Position numbers and translations under genes: made by a program. The notes under the pieces are model-generated. The model was not told the DNA's origin, ran no database searches, and saw only the letters and a list, made by a program, of their open reading frames with translations. DNA of 64,000 nt from Mobula hypostoma (Eukaryota): contig NC_086097.1 of the NCBI RefSeq assembly GCF_963921235.1, positions 215,018,001-215,082,000 of the forward strand. Direction: 5' to 3'. Shown piece after piece: positions 63,284-64,000 of this stretch. Numbering within the stretch: the first letter of the stretch is position 1; each line of letters opens with the position of its first letter.

Positions 63284-63624
63284 CTCTCAACCCATGGCTC
63301 ATACTGAATAAACAATAGGGATACATGTGGAGTTTTCAGGCTCATTTATGAAAGATTATCATGATAATACTAAATGCACAATCACAGTACCGTACATCAC
63401 AAATGATAATTTTGAAAATTGAAAATGATCATTTCTACATAATGCCTTCATATACTGTGTTATTTTGCGCCTGACAATGGAAGTCATATCACAGAATTTA
63501 TCAAATTTCTCTAAAGGACTCAAGTCAAACCAGATGCTTGCAGCTCAGCATGGTGGAAAGAGCAGCTCAGACTGAAACATGGATTGAAAAATGTGACAAT
63601 GAAATCAAAACAAAAAATTTCTAA

Positions 63625-63724
63625 TAACACACATCAAAGTTGCTGGTGAACGCAGCAGGTCAGGCAGCATCTCTATGAAGAGGTACAGTCGATGTTTCAG
63701 GCCAAGACCCTTCGTCAGGACTAG
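63625..63724 (-). mobile_element. Penelope-like terminal fragment with hammerhead core (63687-63722)
   Basis: AGUC-CUGACGA-AGG...CCU-GAAACAUC-GACU on the minus strand. Confidence 0.78.
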
Positions 63725-64000
63725 AAAAAAATTTCTAATTCTTACTGTATTATAGAATACCCTACATTAAAATAGAGAACAAACATATACTGAACTACTG
63801 ATTGGTAGATGTGTCAGAACACATTTAAATTTTGTGAAGCCAAAGCTATTGAACGTTATTTTCACTATGATCTGGTATCTTATTGTTTACCTCCACTGGT
63901 CTTTCTCTGTAGCTGTTACACTTTATTCTGCTTTGTTATTGTTTTACCTTGTTCTACTCCAATGCACTTTGCTTTATATGAACAGCATGCAAAGCAAGCT

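Larger units (their letters stand above)
58095..63360 (+). mobile_element. Ancient, fragmented Gypsy-like element (gag/RT/RNase H remnants ~58095-59380; integrase remnants ~62745-63360)
   Basis: FSSSTESWTDCVKRIEQF (gag N-terminus-like); ELEDTVKERKQCKQHCRNPPVDPLH|PW and IHVEFSGSFM (IN zinc-binding end and core start). Confidence 0.55.

Overview
Eukaryotic (vertebrate) genomic DNA; the repeat content suggests a cartilaginous fish such as a ray (inference only). The only host-gene sequence I can support is two minus-strand exons of alpha-tocopherol transfer protein (TTPA exon 2 at 7779-7932 and exon 3 at 3391-3584, both GT-AG). No exon 1 is visible, so 7933-64000 is probably one large intron. 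The rest is mostly nested transposons: many CR1 LINEs (four near-identical young insertions, one full length), Rex1/Babar, RTE and HERO-like LINE fragments, tRNA-derived SINEs, Penelope fragments with minimal hammerhead ribozymes, solo LTRs, Gypsy elements, a hAT MITE and Helitron derivatives. Most unusual structures: (i) a ~4.7 kb tail-to-tail palindrome made of two composite non-autonomous Helitrons, one carrying an in-frame STPR-repeat mini-ORF; (ii) a Gypsy provirus with intact TSD but pol and part of the 3' LTR inverted; (iii) a 451/452-bp higher-order tandem array of CR1 3' ends next to TTPA exon 2; (iv) an intact minimal hammerhead, plus a speculative permuted hammerhead-like motif in a HERO 3' UTR; (v) an in-frame CR1-in-CR1 chimeric ORF2. 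Boundaries of old repeats are approximate and no database searches were run.
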